Shown here: in pieces, positions 10,161-20,010 of the stretch | How positions within the stretch are numbered: the first letter of the stretch is position 1 | How the letters are laid out: every line of letters begins with the position of its first letter | DNA from: Algoriphagus sp. | Lineage (GTDB): Bacteria > Bacteroidota > Bacteroidia > Cytophagales > Cyclobacteriaceae | Reading direction: 5' to 3' | DNA length: 64,000 bases | Assembly (NCBI GenBank): GCA_044353615.1 | Contig: JBILBQ010000001.1 | Coordinates: forward strand, 19,201 to 83,200 | Notes under the pieces: generated by a model | What the model was told of the DNA's origin: nothing | Databases searched by the model: none | Seen by the model: the letters and a program-made list of their open reading frames with translations, nothing else | Program-made: the position numbers and the translations under genes

Positions 10161-11255
10161 ATGCAATTGACTCCAGAATTGTTAAAAAAATCCCTTTCCA
10201 AAGTCCAGGATCCTGACATCAAGCGGGACTTGGTTTCCTTAGGAATGATTCAAGGGATCGAAATAGAAGGCAATAAGGTACGATTTACAGTGGTTCTCAC
10301 GACTCCTGCTTGTCCCTTGAAGGAAGTCATCAAAAATAATTGCTTAGAGGTATTGGAAGCAGACTTTGGCAAGGACTACAGCTGGGATATTTTTATGAGT
10401 GCTCAGGTAACTACCGTCCGTGATGCAGGGCCCATTCTTCCACAAGTAAAAAACATCATTGCCATCGCTTCTGGAAAGGGCGGCGTGGGCAAATCCACCA
10501 CCTCGGTGAACCTAGCGGTTGCGCTCGCGGAGCTGGGCGCAAAGGTAGGCTTGATTGATGCGGACATTTCAGGCCCTTCGATCCCCACCATGTTTAATGT
10601 GGAAGGAGAGCAGCCTGCGGTCAAAAAAGAGGGAGAAAAGAATATCATCGTGCCCATCACGCAGTATGGCGTAAAGATGATGTCTATTGGATTTTTGACA
10701 CCCACAGACAGTGCGGTGGTATGGAGAGGACCGATGGCAAGTTCTGCTTTACGCCAATTCATTGCAGATGTAGAATGGGGAGAACTGGATTACTTGCTTA
10801 TTGACCTACCTCCAGGGACCTCGGATATCCATTTAACGCTAGTTCAAACGGTTCCAGTAACTGGGGCTGTCATCGTCACCACTCCGCAAAAAATAGCACT
10901 TGCGGATGCTACCAAGGGATTGAGCATGTTTAGACAAGCTCAAATTAATGTTCCCATCTTAGGTGTTGTAGAAAATATGGCTTATTTTTCGCCTGAGGAA
11001 CTACCAGACCACAAGTACTATTTGTTTGGTAAGGATGGAGGGAAAAAGTTGGCAGAAAAATATGAGGTACCTTTCCTTGGAGAGATCCCAATTGTTCAAA
11101 GCATTCGAGAAAGCGGAGATTCTGGCTATCCGGCTGTTTTGAAATCGGGTCCAACCCAGGATGCCTACCTAAAGCTCGCAGAAGAAGTCGCACGGCAAAT
11201 TGCAATACGGAACTCTTCGGTCGAGAAAACAGAAGTAGTAGAAATTAAACTTTAA
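10161..11255 (+). CDS. Mrp/NBP35 (ApbC) Fe-S carrier ATPase
   Basis: N-terminal DUF59-like TTPACP; SGKGGVGKS, WRGP and DLPPGTSD motifs. ATG 10161 is the likely start. Confidence 0.93.
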   Translation: MQLTPELLKKSLSKVQDPDIKRDLVSLGMIQGIEIEGNKVRFTVVLTTPACPLKEVIKNNCLEVLEADFGKDYSWDIFMSAQVTTVRDAGPILPQVKNIIAIASGKGGVGKSTTSVNLAVALAELGAKVGLIDADISGPSIPTMFNVEGEQPAVKKEGEKNIIVPITQYGVKMMSIGFLTPTDSAVVWRGPMASSALRQFIADVEWGELDYLLIDLPPGTSDIHLTLVQTVPVTGAVIVTTPQKIALADATKGLSMFRQAQINVPILGVVENMAYFSPEELPDHKYYLFGKDGGKKLAEKYEVPFLGEIPIVQSIRESGDSGYPAVLKSGPTQDAYLKLAEEVARQIAIRNSSVEKTEVVEIKL

Positions 11256-11258
11256 GCA

Positions 11259-11513
11259 ATGCTTATGGAAGCTGTATTGAGAGAAAAAATTGAATTCGCA
11301 TTGGATACCATCCGCCCTTATTTGGAAGCAGATGGAGGAAACGTGCGCGTAGTAGAGCTGACAGAAGATTTTGTTTTAAAAATTGAAATGTTGGGTAACT
11401 GTGGTTCATGCCCTATGTCATCCATGACTCTAAAAGCTGGAGTAGAAGAAGCTATTTTGAGATCAATCCCCGAAATCAAAAGAGTGGAAGCAGTAAACCT
11501 AACCGTAGCTTAA
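11259..11513 (+). CDS. NifU/NfuA C-terminal domain protein
   Basis: IRPYLEADGG and GNCGSCP motifs. Confidence 0.92.
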   Translation: MLMEAVLREKIEFALDTIRPYLEADGGNVRVVELTEDFVLKIEMLGNCGSCPMSSMTLKAGVEEAILRSIPEIKRVEAVNLTVA

Positions 11514-11524
11514 CCATCTTAAGA

Positions 11525-14500
11525 ATGAAAAAACCTATCCAACATACCTTGAAATCACAATTTCTTGCAGGCTTATTTTTTATGTGTTCGTTCACTGTTT
11601 TTGGGCAGGGGATTACACTTCAAGGATTTTCTTCGGGAGGCACGAGTCATCAAGGCACCGGTCACAATGAAAAATGCGGACATACCTTTTTAGAATCCCA
11701 GCAAGAAAAAGAACTAGGGGTATTTGGATCGAAAGTTTTCTTTGAAGATTGGATCACCAAAAAAATCGTTGAGAGAAAAAGCATGCCACAGATCATGAAG
11801 GTTCAGGCTGAACCAAGAGTGATTCCAGTGGTAGTTCATATCCTACACAATGGGACATCCATAGGCGTCGAAGCCAATATTTCGGATGCGCAGGTTCTCT
11901 CGCAAATTCGAGTACTAAATGAGGATTTTCGAAGAAAAAATGCAGATGCCATCCGCACCCCCGCGGAATTTCTTCCAGTAGCAGCAGATGCAAATATTGA
12001 ATTTGTGCTTGCCAAACAGGATCCAAATGGACTACCAACCAATGGAATTATACGAAAACAGGGACCCAAAACCATTTATGGGCCAGAAGATGCAACCATA
12101 ATCGGTCAGACCTCCCAGTGGAATCCAGAAGAATACTTAAATATGTGGGTGGTTCCCTTGGTATCTCCTTACTTAGGTTATGCTACTTTTCCCACCTCTA
12201 ACCTCCCAGGACTTAATTTCACACCATCGGCGGCAATTCGCGATGGGGTAACCGTGGATTACCTCTTTTTTGGAACAGGTGCTGGCACAGCTGCCAATAC
12301 CAATGGAAGAACTGCTACGCACGAAGTAGGGCACTACCTTGGCTTGCGTCATATTTGGGGTGATGGAGGCTGCGAAGTAGATGATTTCGTCCTAGATACT
12401 CCAAATCAAGACAATCCCAACAATTCCATTTGCAACGACAACCCAGTTCGGATTTCTTGTGGAACCAACAACATGATTCAGAACTACATGGATTATACGC
12501 CAGATCCCTGCATGAACCTTTTTACCAAGGGCCAAGTAGAACGATTTGATGTAGTATTAGCAAATAGCCCTCGAAGAGCATCGTTGGTGAACAGTCGTGG
12601 AACTAAAGACCCGATTCTTACGACTAGAGATGTTTCGTTGTTAAGAGTAGTAACGCCTTCAGACGCGTTGTGCCAACCTACCATCTCTCCTCAGTTGGAA
12701 ATTCAGAATAGTGGTAATGAATTAGTCACATCAGTGAATATTGAATTTAGATGGAACGGAACCTTAGTAGAAAATAAACAGTTCACCACCAATCTAAAAT
12801 CTTCAGAGAAAACAACAGTAAGCTTTGCAAACTTTGATACAAAAGGACAGGAAAGTGAATTTTCATTTACAATTGTTCAGGTAAATAACGTAGCCGACTT
12901 GGTAACATCAAACAATACGTTAATCTCTAAACCTGTTCAACAAGGACAGCTTACGCTTCCTTATTCAGTTTCATTGACAACCCTCCCTGCTACCTGGATC
13001 GTTGGAAATCCTGATCAGTCTTTGACTTGGGAGAAAACCAATCTTACCATCGATGGAAGTGCTCAACCAGCCCTATTCATTCGCCATTATGAATACGAGG
13101 CGCAGGGACAGCTGGACTACTTTATTTCTCCGCAAATTGATCTAACCAAGTATCCAAATGCCCAACTGGTATTTGAAGTTGCGCATGGTCCTTACAATCA
13201 AGCCGGATTCCAAGATGAGTTACTGGTCGCAATTGCTCCAGAGTGTAGCCAAGATTTTGACATCATCACTCCTCCATATAAAAAGAGTGGGACTCGACTT
13301 CAAACTTCCGATGCTACTGTGGAAGAGTTTATCCCGACTAGTGCTACACAGTTTAGGACAGAGCTAGTCAACCTCAATAAATTCAAGGATTTAGGTAAAA
13401 TTCGAGTGGCAATTGCTACTAAAAATGCTTTTGGAAACAATATTTTCCTTCGGAATATACGAGTGGTACCTACTGAAGAATTCAAGTATGATTTGAAGAT
13501 TGAAGATGTAATTGCTCCAAGTCCTATCAGTGCTGGAACAAATGCACAAGAAATTGTACGAATTACGAATACAGGGAACCTACCAGTATCTAAATTCTTG
13601 TTTTCAAGAAATACGAACAATTCAGGAAATCGAGTTTTCGTAGGATCTGGTTCAACCATCCCTCCTGGGGAATCCATCAATATTTCGTTGGCCAAATCCA
13701 CTACTGCTGGAAAGAACAACTTGAAGTTTGGAGTATCTGAACCGAATTTTGATCAAAACCTACCTGCAGTGGCACAAACCAACTGGTACAATATCGAGAA
13801 TACAGCTAGACTTGAAGTGCCTTGGAGACAAAACTTCAACAGCAGTACCGATCTAAGTCCATGGCTTACCATTAATCCAGAAAGTGATCAGGCTGCTTGG
13901 CAAGTAACCGCGGTAACGGGAGCAACAGGACCAAACAATGTGGCTAGAATTGAAGGTGCTACCAATGGAAATTCGTACTGGATGGGAACACCTTCCTTCG
14001 ACTTGTCCGTAAGCCGTCAAGCCAGCGTTTTCTTTGATGTCGCCGCAGGATCTATGAACCCTGGAACTACACTTTATGTACTGGCCAGTACCAATCAAGG
14101 AGAAACTTACAAAGTGGTTTGGTCAGAAGAAGGAACCGCTCTTTCAACAGTAAGTACAGGAAATGCCAACCCATCCACTGCAGGTGATTACGAACGGAAG
14201 TATGTCAACCTTACCGAATATGCTGGTGAAGGTAAAAAGGATATTCGTTTAGCTTTTGCGTTGGATGTGGTTGGAACGCAGAATTCGCCTGTTTACTTGG
14301 ACAACTTGGAACTCTTCTTAAGCGCAAATCCAGATCCTGTCATTCCAGCGGAGCGAAATACGGTTATCTATCCAAACCCAGCCTCTGAATTTGTCAATGT
14401 GGCATTCAATCTTCCAAAAAGAGAAAATGTGACCATTCAGATCATCTCATCTACTGGTGCCTTGGTACGGGAACTGACCTTCCCAAATACTTTGAACCAG

Positions 14501-14599
14501 ACCTATACGTTTAGTAGAGAGATGTTTACAGCTGGCCTTTATGTGTTCAAAATAAATAGTTCGAGCTTACAAGAAATTAAGCGCGTAATTATCCAGTGA
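11525..14599 (+). CDS. M43 (pappalysin/ulilysin-like) zinc metalloprotease, T9SS-secreted
   Basis: Signal peptide, HEVGHYLGLRH, NYMDY Met-turn and C-terminal IYPNP type-A CTD. Confidence 0.9.
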   Translation: MKKPIQHTLKSQFLAGLFFMCSFTVFGQGITLQGFSSGGTSHQGTGHNEKCGHTFLESQQEKELGVFGSKVFFEDWITKKIVERKSMPQIMKVQAEPRVIPVVVHILHNGTSIGVEANISDAQVLSQIRVLNEDFRRKNADAIRTPAEFLPVAADANIEFVLAKQDPNGLPTNGIIRKQGPKTIYGPEDATIIGQTSQWNPEEYLNMWVVPLVSPYLGYATFPTSNLPGLNFTPSAAIRDGVTVDYLFFGTGAGTAANTNGRTATHEVGHYLGLRHIWGDGGCEVDDFVLDTPNQDNPNNSICNDNPVRISCGTNNMIQNYMDYTPDPCMNLFTKGQVERFDVVLANSPRRASLVNSRGTKDPILTTRDVSLLRVVTPSDALCQPTISPQLEIQNSGNELVTSVNIEFRWNGTLVENKQFTTNLKSSEKTTVSFANFDTKGQESEFSFTIVQVNNVADLVTSNNTLISKPVQQGQLTLPYSVSLTTLPATWIVGNPDQSLTWEKTNLTIDGSAQPALFIRHYEYEAQGQLDYFISPQIDLTKYPNAQLVFEVAHGPYNQAGFQDELLVAIAPECSQDFDIITPPYKKSGTRLQTSDATVEEFIPTSATQFRTELVNLNKFKDLGKIRVAIATKNAFGNNIFLRNIRVVPTEEFKYDLKIEDVIAPSPISAGTNAQEIVRITNTGNLPVSKFLFSRNTNNSGNRVFVGSGSTIPPGESINISLAKSTTAGKNNLKFGVSEPNFDQNLPAVAQTNWYNIENTARLEVPWRQNFNSSTDLSPWLTINPESDQAAWQVTAVTGATGPNNVARIEGATNGNSYWMGTPSFDLSVSRQASVFFDVAAGSMNPGTTLYVLASTNQGETYKVVWSEEGTALSTVSTGNANPSTAGDYERKYVNLTEYAGEGKKDIRLAFALDVVGTQNSPVYLDNLELFLSANPDPVIPAERNTVIYPNPASEFVNVAFNLPKRENVTIQIISSTGALVRELTFPNTLNQTYTFSREMFTAGLYVFKINSSSLQEIKRVIIQ

Positions 14600-14604
14600 T
14601 AAAG

Positions 14605-14638
14605 AGTAAGCCGAAAGATACGTTTCGGCTTACTTTTT
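14605..14638 (+). terminator. Intrinsic terminator
   Basis: AGTAAGCCGAAA-gatacg-TTTCGGCTTACT followed by a T run. Confidence 0.75.
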
Positions 14639-14714
14639 CCCACTTTCAGCTGTTTTACTGAATTTTGTTCTTCGAATAAAGAATCAAAACTTTGATAGGC
14701 GCTATCTTTATACC

Positions 14715-15470
14715 ATGCAATCACTCCTACCACAACTAAAAAAAGTTGGGCTACACCTGCTCTTGATTGCAGGGGTTTCAGTTACCCTCGGCTTTATTTT
14801 TTTAAAGGTCTATCTTCCTTTCTATACCAATCATGGCGAAACAGTTTCAGTACCGGACCTATCAGGATTGACTAATGAAAAGGCAGAGGCCTTATTAAAA
14901 AGTGCCTCCTTACAGTATGAAATCTCCCCAGATTCAGGATTCAGTGCAGAAGAAGACCCGTTAGTTATTTTAAAGCAACTACCAGAGGCAAATGCTTTGG
15001 TCAAAAAGGATCGAAAGATATTTTTAACATTGAATGCGCGCAACGCTCCTATTCTAAAGATGCCAAGTTTGCTCAATATGCCATTGAAAAATGTGCAGGA
15101 AATCTTGGCCAACATTGGACTTCAGCGTGGAGACATCATCTATGTTCCAGATATAGGAATCAATGTGGTCTTGGAGCAACGCTACAAAGGCGCCCCTATC
15201 CGTGAAGGAGCCGAAATTGCCAAAGGATCGAAAATTGATTTGGTGGTGGGTGATGGTATGGGCAATCAACTGCTTAGTGCTCCAAACTTTGTAGGCTTGG
15301 AGGAAGAAGAAGCAGAATTTTTGGCAGTAGGTTCTGGGTTGCGTTTGGGAAGAAAAATCTACAACAAAACTGACTCTGTAGCTCCTGGAAGAGTCTATTT
15401 GCAAAGTCCTTCTGTGGGCTCTGAATTGCAATCAGGCGATGTAATTGATCTTTGGATTTCCAAAAATTAA
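14715..15470 (+). CDS. PASTA-domain protein
   Basis: N-terminal TM plus three repeats beginning VPDL / MPSL / APNF. Confidence 0.85.
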   Translation: MQSLLPQLKKVGLHLLLIAGVSVTLGFIFLKVYLPFYTNHGETVSVPDLSGLTNEKAEALLKSASLQYEISPDSGFSAEEDPLVILKQLPEANALVKKDRKIFLTLNARNAPILKMPSLLNMPLKNVQEILANIGLQRGDIIYVPDIGINVVLEQRYKGAPIREGAEIAKGSKIDLVVGDGMGNQLLSAPNFVGLEEEEAEFLAVGSGLRLGRKIYNKTDSVAPGRVYLQSPSVGSELQSGDVIDLWISKN

Positions 15471-17310
15471 TACTTTGAAACGAAGCAGGTTATTCTCCAC
15501 CCTTCTATTCTTCTCTTTATTGAGTCAAGGAGCGCCTAGCCTAGCTCAGTTTGTTAATTTTGGACCTATTCATCAGTCTTCACAAACTGTAGATCCAATT
15601 CCTGAACCTTGGACACGGCAAACGAATACAGCTACCCTGCCTTTTTGGGATGATTTTTCAAAGGGCATTCAATCCAGTAGGTGGATTTCCAAAGGAGCAT
15701 CCTACACCGAGACCATCGGGAACAAAGCCCCTTCCATCGGCATGGTGCTCTTCAATGGTGTCGACGAAGCAGGAAAATCGTACTCCTTACAGGAAAAAGA
15801 CCAAGGTGAAGGGGATTACCTAAGCAGCATACCCCTTGATTTAAGTGGAATCCCAGCGGCACAGCAGGCTACAGTCTACCTCAGCTTTTATTGGCAAGCT
15901 GGAGGTAAAGCAGAAGTTCCCGATAGCAACGATCGACTCACGCTACAAATTTTGACTCCCGGCGGCACCTGGCTAAACATTTGGGAAAAAAGAGGAGGAA
16001 CAGCAGTGGATCGGAATCGCTTTATTCAAGAAACCATTGCCATCCGTCCCGAATGGCAGCATGCCAACTTTCAGTTTCGCTTTTTTTCAAACGGTAGACA
16101 AAGTGGCCCTTTTGATTCCTGGCTTTTGGATTACGTCTACTTGAATTCGAAGCGAAGCAGCACAGACCTCTCCTACCCAGATCGAGCCCTTACACAAAGA
16201 ACTACTGTTCGTCTTGGAGACTTTGGGGCCTATCCATGGGAGCTCTTACAAAAAAATCAAAAAGGGAAATGGTCCACAGCCAAGAGTGAATTTCAAAATC
16301 TAGAGAATCGCTTCAAAGCCATGGAGTACTCGGTCACCCTTCGGGACAGTAGTGGGGTAAGTATGCTTCCAATCAATAGCACTACTCCATTCAATCCGGT
16401 TCCAAATGCCCTTGAAAGAAGAACAATTGCAAGCAGGTCCTTCACAGAAATTCCTTTGCCTGCCAAGCCTACTGAGGTGGTTTTTGAAATGGCCTTGATT
16501 ACTGGTGATGGACTCTTGACCGAGATAAATGGCAGCGATACCGTTCGCTATTCCCAGGTGGATTTTCGTTCCAATGACCGCGTAAGTAGCCGCTTCCCAA
16601 TCCGCGACTACTTTGCGTACGATCAGGGAGCAGCAGACTATACTGCAGGGATTAATCAGCGGTCGGGGCAGATCGCAGTTGAATATACCACACCGGAACC
16701 GGTCTTTTTGAAAGGAATATCCATTGACTTTTCCAATACCAGACAGGTAAATCAGGTGCTGGACTTGGTCGTCTGGTCTGCACTCGACAAGAAACCACTC
16801 TACTCCAAAGAAGTAGTTATCCCAGCAAAGGCACCAGGTCAAGCAATCCACTATTTTCCGCTAGAAGAAGCAATCCCTGTTTCAGGAACCTTTTTTGTGG
16901 GGTTCACTCAGTTCACCAACGATTTTCTTCAGGTAGGACTTGACAAGGGCAATGATTTTAGTGGCCGCATATTCTACAATGTCGGTGGTGGATGGGTGAA
17001 AAACACCGAAGTGACCGGTTCTCTTCTAATTCGACCACATGTCAGCTTGACCGGGAAGGCCAATGGAAACATTGAACCAACGAACACCCTTCGAATCTAC
17101 CCCAATCCTACGGTCAACGAAGTTCAGGTAGAAGGAGAATTTTCCTCTTTGCAGGTAGTAGACTCTTATGGAAGAGAAGTATTCCCATCTCGCGTACCCT
17201 CCGCTAAAGGAGAAATCCTTAATTTTAAGGATCAACATCCTGGTTTATACCTGATTTATGTTCAGGGTAGTACAGGGCCACAATCGTATCGAATCTTAGT
17301 GAAAAAATAA
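15445..17310 (+). CDS. T9SS type-A sorting-domain protein
   Basis: Signal peptide, LPFWDDFS and C-terminal IYPNP. The start may be TTG 15475. Confidence 0.8.
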   Translation: MIFGFPKINTLKRSRLFSTLLFFSLLSQGAPSLAQFVNFGPIHQSSQTVDPIPEPWTRQTNTATLPFWDDFSKGIQSSRWISKGASYTETIGNKAPSIGMVLFNGVDEAGKSYSLQEKDQGEGDYLSSIPLDLSGIPAAQQATVYLSFYWQAGGKAEVPDSNDRLTLQILTPGGTWLNIWEKRGGTAVDRNRFIQETIAIRPEWQHANFQFRFFSNGRQSGPFDSWLLDYVYLNSKRSSTDLSYPDRALTQRTTVRLGDFGAYPWELLQKNQKGKWSTAKSEFQNLENRFKAMEYSVTLRDSSGVSMLPINSTTPFNPVPNALERRTIASRSFTEIPLPAKPTEVVFEMALITGDGLLTEINGSDTVRYSQVDFRSNDRVSSRFPIRDYFAYDQGAADYTAGINQRSGQIAVEYTTPEPVFLKGISIDFSNTRQVNQVLDLVVWSALDKKPLYSKEVVIPAKAPGQAIHYFPLEEAIPVSGTFFVGFTQFTNDFLQVGLDKGNDFSGRIFYNVGGGWVKNTEVTGSLLIRPHVSLTGKANGNIEPTNTLRIYPNPTVNEVQVEGEFSSLQVVDSYGREVFPSRVPSAKGEILNFKDQHPGLYLIYVQGSTGPQSYRILVKK

Positions 17311-17311
17311 T

Positions 17312-17614
17312 ATGGAAGACATTACCGTTAAGGAACTAAAAGAAAGATTAGAGAAAGGAGAAAAATTTCACTTTTTCGATGTGCGAGAGGAATGGGAGTA
17401 CGAAGAGGATAACCTTGGAGCAAACAACATTCCTTTGGGAGAACTTGACCACCAGCTTGAGCAACTCGCAGGAATCAAGCACGAGGAAATTGTGGTGCAC
17501 TGCCGCTCGGGAGCACGAAGTGGGAATGCAAAGAAGTTTATGGAGACTAAAGGTTTTACCAAAGTCCGAAATGTATTGGGTGGCATTCTTGCTTACCGTG
17601 CCTTAACGGATTAG
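17312..17614 (+). CDS. Rhodanese-like protein
   Basis: DVREEWEY and HCRSGARS motifs. Confidence 0.9.
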   Translation: MEDITVKELKERLEKGEKFHFFDVREEWEYEEDNLGANNIPLGELDHQLEQLAGIKHEEIVVHCRSGARSGNAKKFMETKGFTKVRNVLGGILAYRALTD

Positions 17615-17936
17615 TACAATGTACTAAGTACTAAGTACTAAGTACAATGTACAAAGTAGAACTACGAAGTACGAGATACGACATTCTAACTAATGTTGAA
17701 CGCTGATTGATGAATGATGAAATGATGTCAATGTACTAAGTACAATGTACAAAGTATCTTAAAAATTAAGGTTGGCTTGTAAAATGGGTTGGCTGAACTA
17801 TCCAACTCCAAAATCCATACTTGCCTGCCTGCCACAAGAAGGGTACTTTCTACTATGAAATGTAGAATTACAATGCTAGCACATCCCCATACTTGGTACT
17901 TTGTACCTCGTACTTTGTACTTGGTACATTGTACTA
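17612..17936. repeat. Heptamer-array inverted-repeat element (GTACnAn units)
   Basis: Left arm 17612-17658 (TAGTACAATGTACTAAGTACTAAG...) is an imperfect inverted repeat of right arm 17890-17936 (...CTTGGTACATTGTACTA). A partial internal copy lies at 17729-17756. Confidence 0.85.
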
Positions 17937-17941
17937 TGAAT

Positions 17942-19051
17942 TTAGCTCGTCTGAAATGGCTGAGGCGAGAAGCAGAGCACAAAAATTAGGAGCGCCAGCC
18001 AACCCAATACCTTTCTTTTGGTATCCACGGGGATGCTACCCGTCACTTCAGGATGGCGGATGCCCATGACCCTGCCAAGTAAAAAGGCAAAAAATAACCA
18101 GCCTTGATACCCTTCCCAGCTTGGCTGAAAGAAGGAAATTAGGTATTGCCCTGCAGCAAGTAGCAGCACTAGCGTAATTCGGTTGAGTAGAGATAGGTCA
18201 GACTTCGATAAGCAGAGATACAAAAACCCAAGGTAAAGGGGAATACGAATTACGAGTTCCTCCAAGGGTAAAGAAGGCCGAATCACCCCCATGCCAGCAT
18301 AGGCGAGAAATACTCCAAAAGCAAGTTGGGAAATCAGTGCATGTCTCTTTGGAAACAAACCAAAAAGCACGTGTCCCCCATCCAGTTGCCCGATAGGCAG
18401 GAGGTTGAGTGCGGTAAAGAAAAGCGCCAAATAGCCCGCAAATAAATAGGGATAGTGGATCAATTCCGACATGGCGGGTAGACGCTCTGGATCAGCAAGC
18501 AGTTCACCCAAACCCCAGAATAATATGTTTTTTCCGAGTTCAAACTCCATCACCTCTTCCCCATAGCCTTGGAAATTGGGATCAGCATACTCGGGATGGA
18601 TTTCATAGAGGTAATCTGCCGGAGGCAGAGTCACAAATCCATACACCAAAATGCCTAGCGCAAGGACAAATCCCGCCAAGGGACCAGCGATTCCGATATC
18701 AAAGTATTTTTTACGGCTGTTGACCCTTCCCTTCATCTGGATCACTGCGCCAAAGGTGCCAAGGGAGGGGCTCCCTAAAAATCCCAGCCAAGCGGGAATA
18801 AAATAAGGTAGGCTACAGCGGACTTTGTGGTAGATGGAAGTGAATAGGTGTCCCAACTCGTGGACGAGAAGGATGCCTATAAATGGTATTGAAAACTCTA
18901 GGGAACGCACAAAAAAAGGCCAGGTCAATGCAGCTTCCCCTGAGGCAAGAACAGATTTACCGTAAACCCACTCCCCACCAGCGAGAGTGGTGGTGACAAG
19001 GGTAAGTAGGAACAATACACCATGAATCAGGTATTCCTTTGGTTTATACAT
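17942..19051 (-). CDS. Site-2 protease (M50)
   Basis: HELGH and NLLPIGQLDGG motifs; multiple TMs. Confidence 0.92.
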   Translation of the reverse strand: MYKPKEYLIHGVLFLLTLVTTTLAGGEWVYGKSVLASGEAALTWPFFVRSLEFSIPFIGILLVHELGHLFTSIYHKVRCSLPYFIPAWLGFLGSPSLGTFGAVIQMKGRVNSRKKYFDIGIAGPLAGFVLALGILVYGFVTLPPADYLYEIHPEYADPNFQGYGEEVMEFELGKNILFWGLGELLADPERLPAMSELIHYPYLFAGYLALFFTALNLLPIGQLDGGHVLFGLFPKRHALISQLAFGVFLAYAGMGVIRPSLPLEELVIRIPLYLGFLYLCLSKSDLSLLNRITLVLLLAAGQYLISFFQPSWEGYQGWLFFAFLLGRVMGIRHPEVTGSIPVDTKRKVLGWLALLIFVLCFSPQPFQTS

Positions 19052-19673
19052 CACCAAAAAAATCGATTAAGGTATGAGATCCCATTACTTGAATTGCTTT
19101 TATACCTACAGAGGTGGCACCTTCTACATTGGCTTTTAAATCATCAAAAAAGAGGACTCGATCTGCTGTTGTTCCTAGTTCCAAGAGGAGCTGTTGGTAA
19201 ATGTCTTGATTCGGTTTGGCGAGACCCATCTCGTGGCTATAAAATACCCAGTCAAAAAGGGGGTCAAAATTGTCCATCCCGTGCTGGGCTTGCAATTGAG
19301 CATATACTGCATCGATATGGATCTCGTTTGTATTGCTGAGTATACCCACTTGGTACTGTGCTTTGAGTTTGCGTACCAGCTCGAGCCGGTAGGCAGGAAT
19401 TGTGCCCAGGAGGCTATTCCAGTAGTAATCCACCTCGGCATCCGACCAGTTCGTTTGGAAGTAGGTACGAAACTCTTGGCGAAACTCATCTGAACTCAGC
19501 TTTCCTTTTTCGAAGTCCTTATGAAATTCTGCTGCATAGCAGTTGTCCACCTTGTCATGCAGTGATGCAGGCAGGACCGACTTCATCAAGTCCATGGAGC
19601 GGTGGTAGTCAATGTCTATCAGCACGTTACCTAGGTCAAAGATGACAAAATCCACGTCAGGCCTATTTTTCAT
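19044..19673 (-). CDS. HAD-family phosphatase
   Basis: FDLGNV, LSNT, KP and FFDD motifs. Confidence 0.9.
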   Translation of the reverse strand: MKNRPDVDFVIFDLGNVLIDIDYHRSMDLMKSVLPASLHDKVDNCYAAEFHKDFEKGKLSSDEFRQEFRTYFQTNWSDAEVDYYWNSLLGTIPAYRLELVRKLKAQYQVGILSNTNEIHIDAVYAQLQAQHGMDNFDPLFDWVFYSHEMGLAKPNQDIYQQLLLELGTTADRVLFFDDLKANVEGATSVGIKAIQVMGSHTLIDFFGDV

Positions 19674-19781
19674 GGGGGATGAAGGTTGATTAATTCAACT
19701 CAAATATGTAACATTGCAGTCCCAAAACCAAGGTGTTCGGCTCATTTGAGCACCTTTTCAAAACGGAAAATCTAGTTTTTA

Positions 19782-19855
19782 GGGCCTATAGCTCATTCGG
19801 TTAGAGCAACTGACTCATAATCAGTAGGTGCTTGGTTCGATTCCAAGTGGGCCCA
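19782..19855 (+). tRNA. tRNA with CAT anticodon, most likely tRNA-Ile2 (lysidine-modified)
   Basis: GGGCCTA/TGGGCCC acceptor stem, CTGA-CTCATAA-TCAG anticodon arm and GGTTCGATTCC T-arm. Lacks initiator features. Confidence 0.9.
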
Positions 19856-19940
19856 CAACAGGATCAGGCACTTACGAGTTTTATTTCTCGGAGTGCCTTT
19901 TTCATTTGATCACGATTTGCACAAAAAAAGACTAAAAACT

Positions 19941-20004
19941 GAGCAACTGACTCCCCCGATGCTTCGGGGCAGTAGGTGCTCGGGTCGATTTCAAGTGGGC
20001 CTAC
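19941..20004 (+). pseudogene. Degenerate duplicate of the 3' two-thirds of the tRNA (att-like scar) with a hairpin replacing the anticodon loop
   Basis: GAGCAACTGACTC[CCCCGATGCTTCGGGG]CAGTAGGTGCTcGGgTCGATTtCAAGTGGGCCtAC versus the tRNA at 19804-19856. Confidence 0.85.
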
Positions 20005-20010
20005 CAACTA

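Noticed and set aside
10092-11524. Extended N-termini in the ORF track (Mrp 10092, M43 11408; likewise 44730, 46123, 47835, 48764, 49629)
   Set aside because: Most overlap upstream genes or promoters, and downstream ATGs give normal N-termini.
11525-17310. M43 protease-PASTA-T9SS genes as a novel system
   Set aside because: A terminator separates the protease from PASTA, and these are common Bacteroidota gene types.
17728-17989. ORFs 17728-17982 (-) and 17789-17989 (+)
   Set aside because: Translations of heptamer repeats with no protein-like features.
19782-19855. tRNA-Met or tRNA-fMet assignment
   Set aside because: No C1:A72 mismatch or triple G-C anticodon stem, and the acceptor stem fits Ile2 better. 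Elongator Met is not strictly excluded.
19941-20004. Functional or intron-containing second tRNA
   Set aside because: The 5' acceptor strand is missing, the T-loop is mutated and the anticodon is destroyed.
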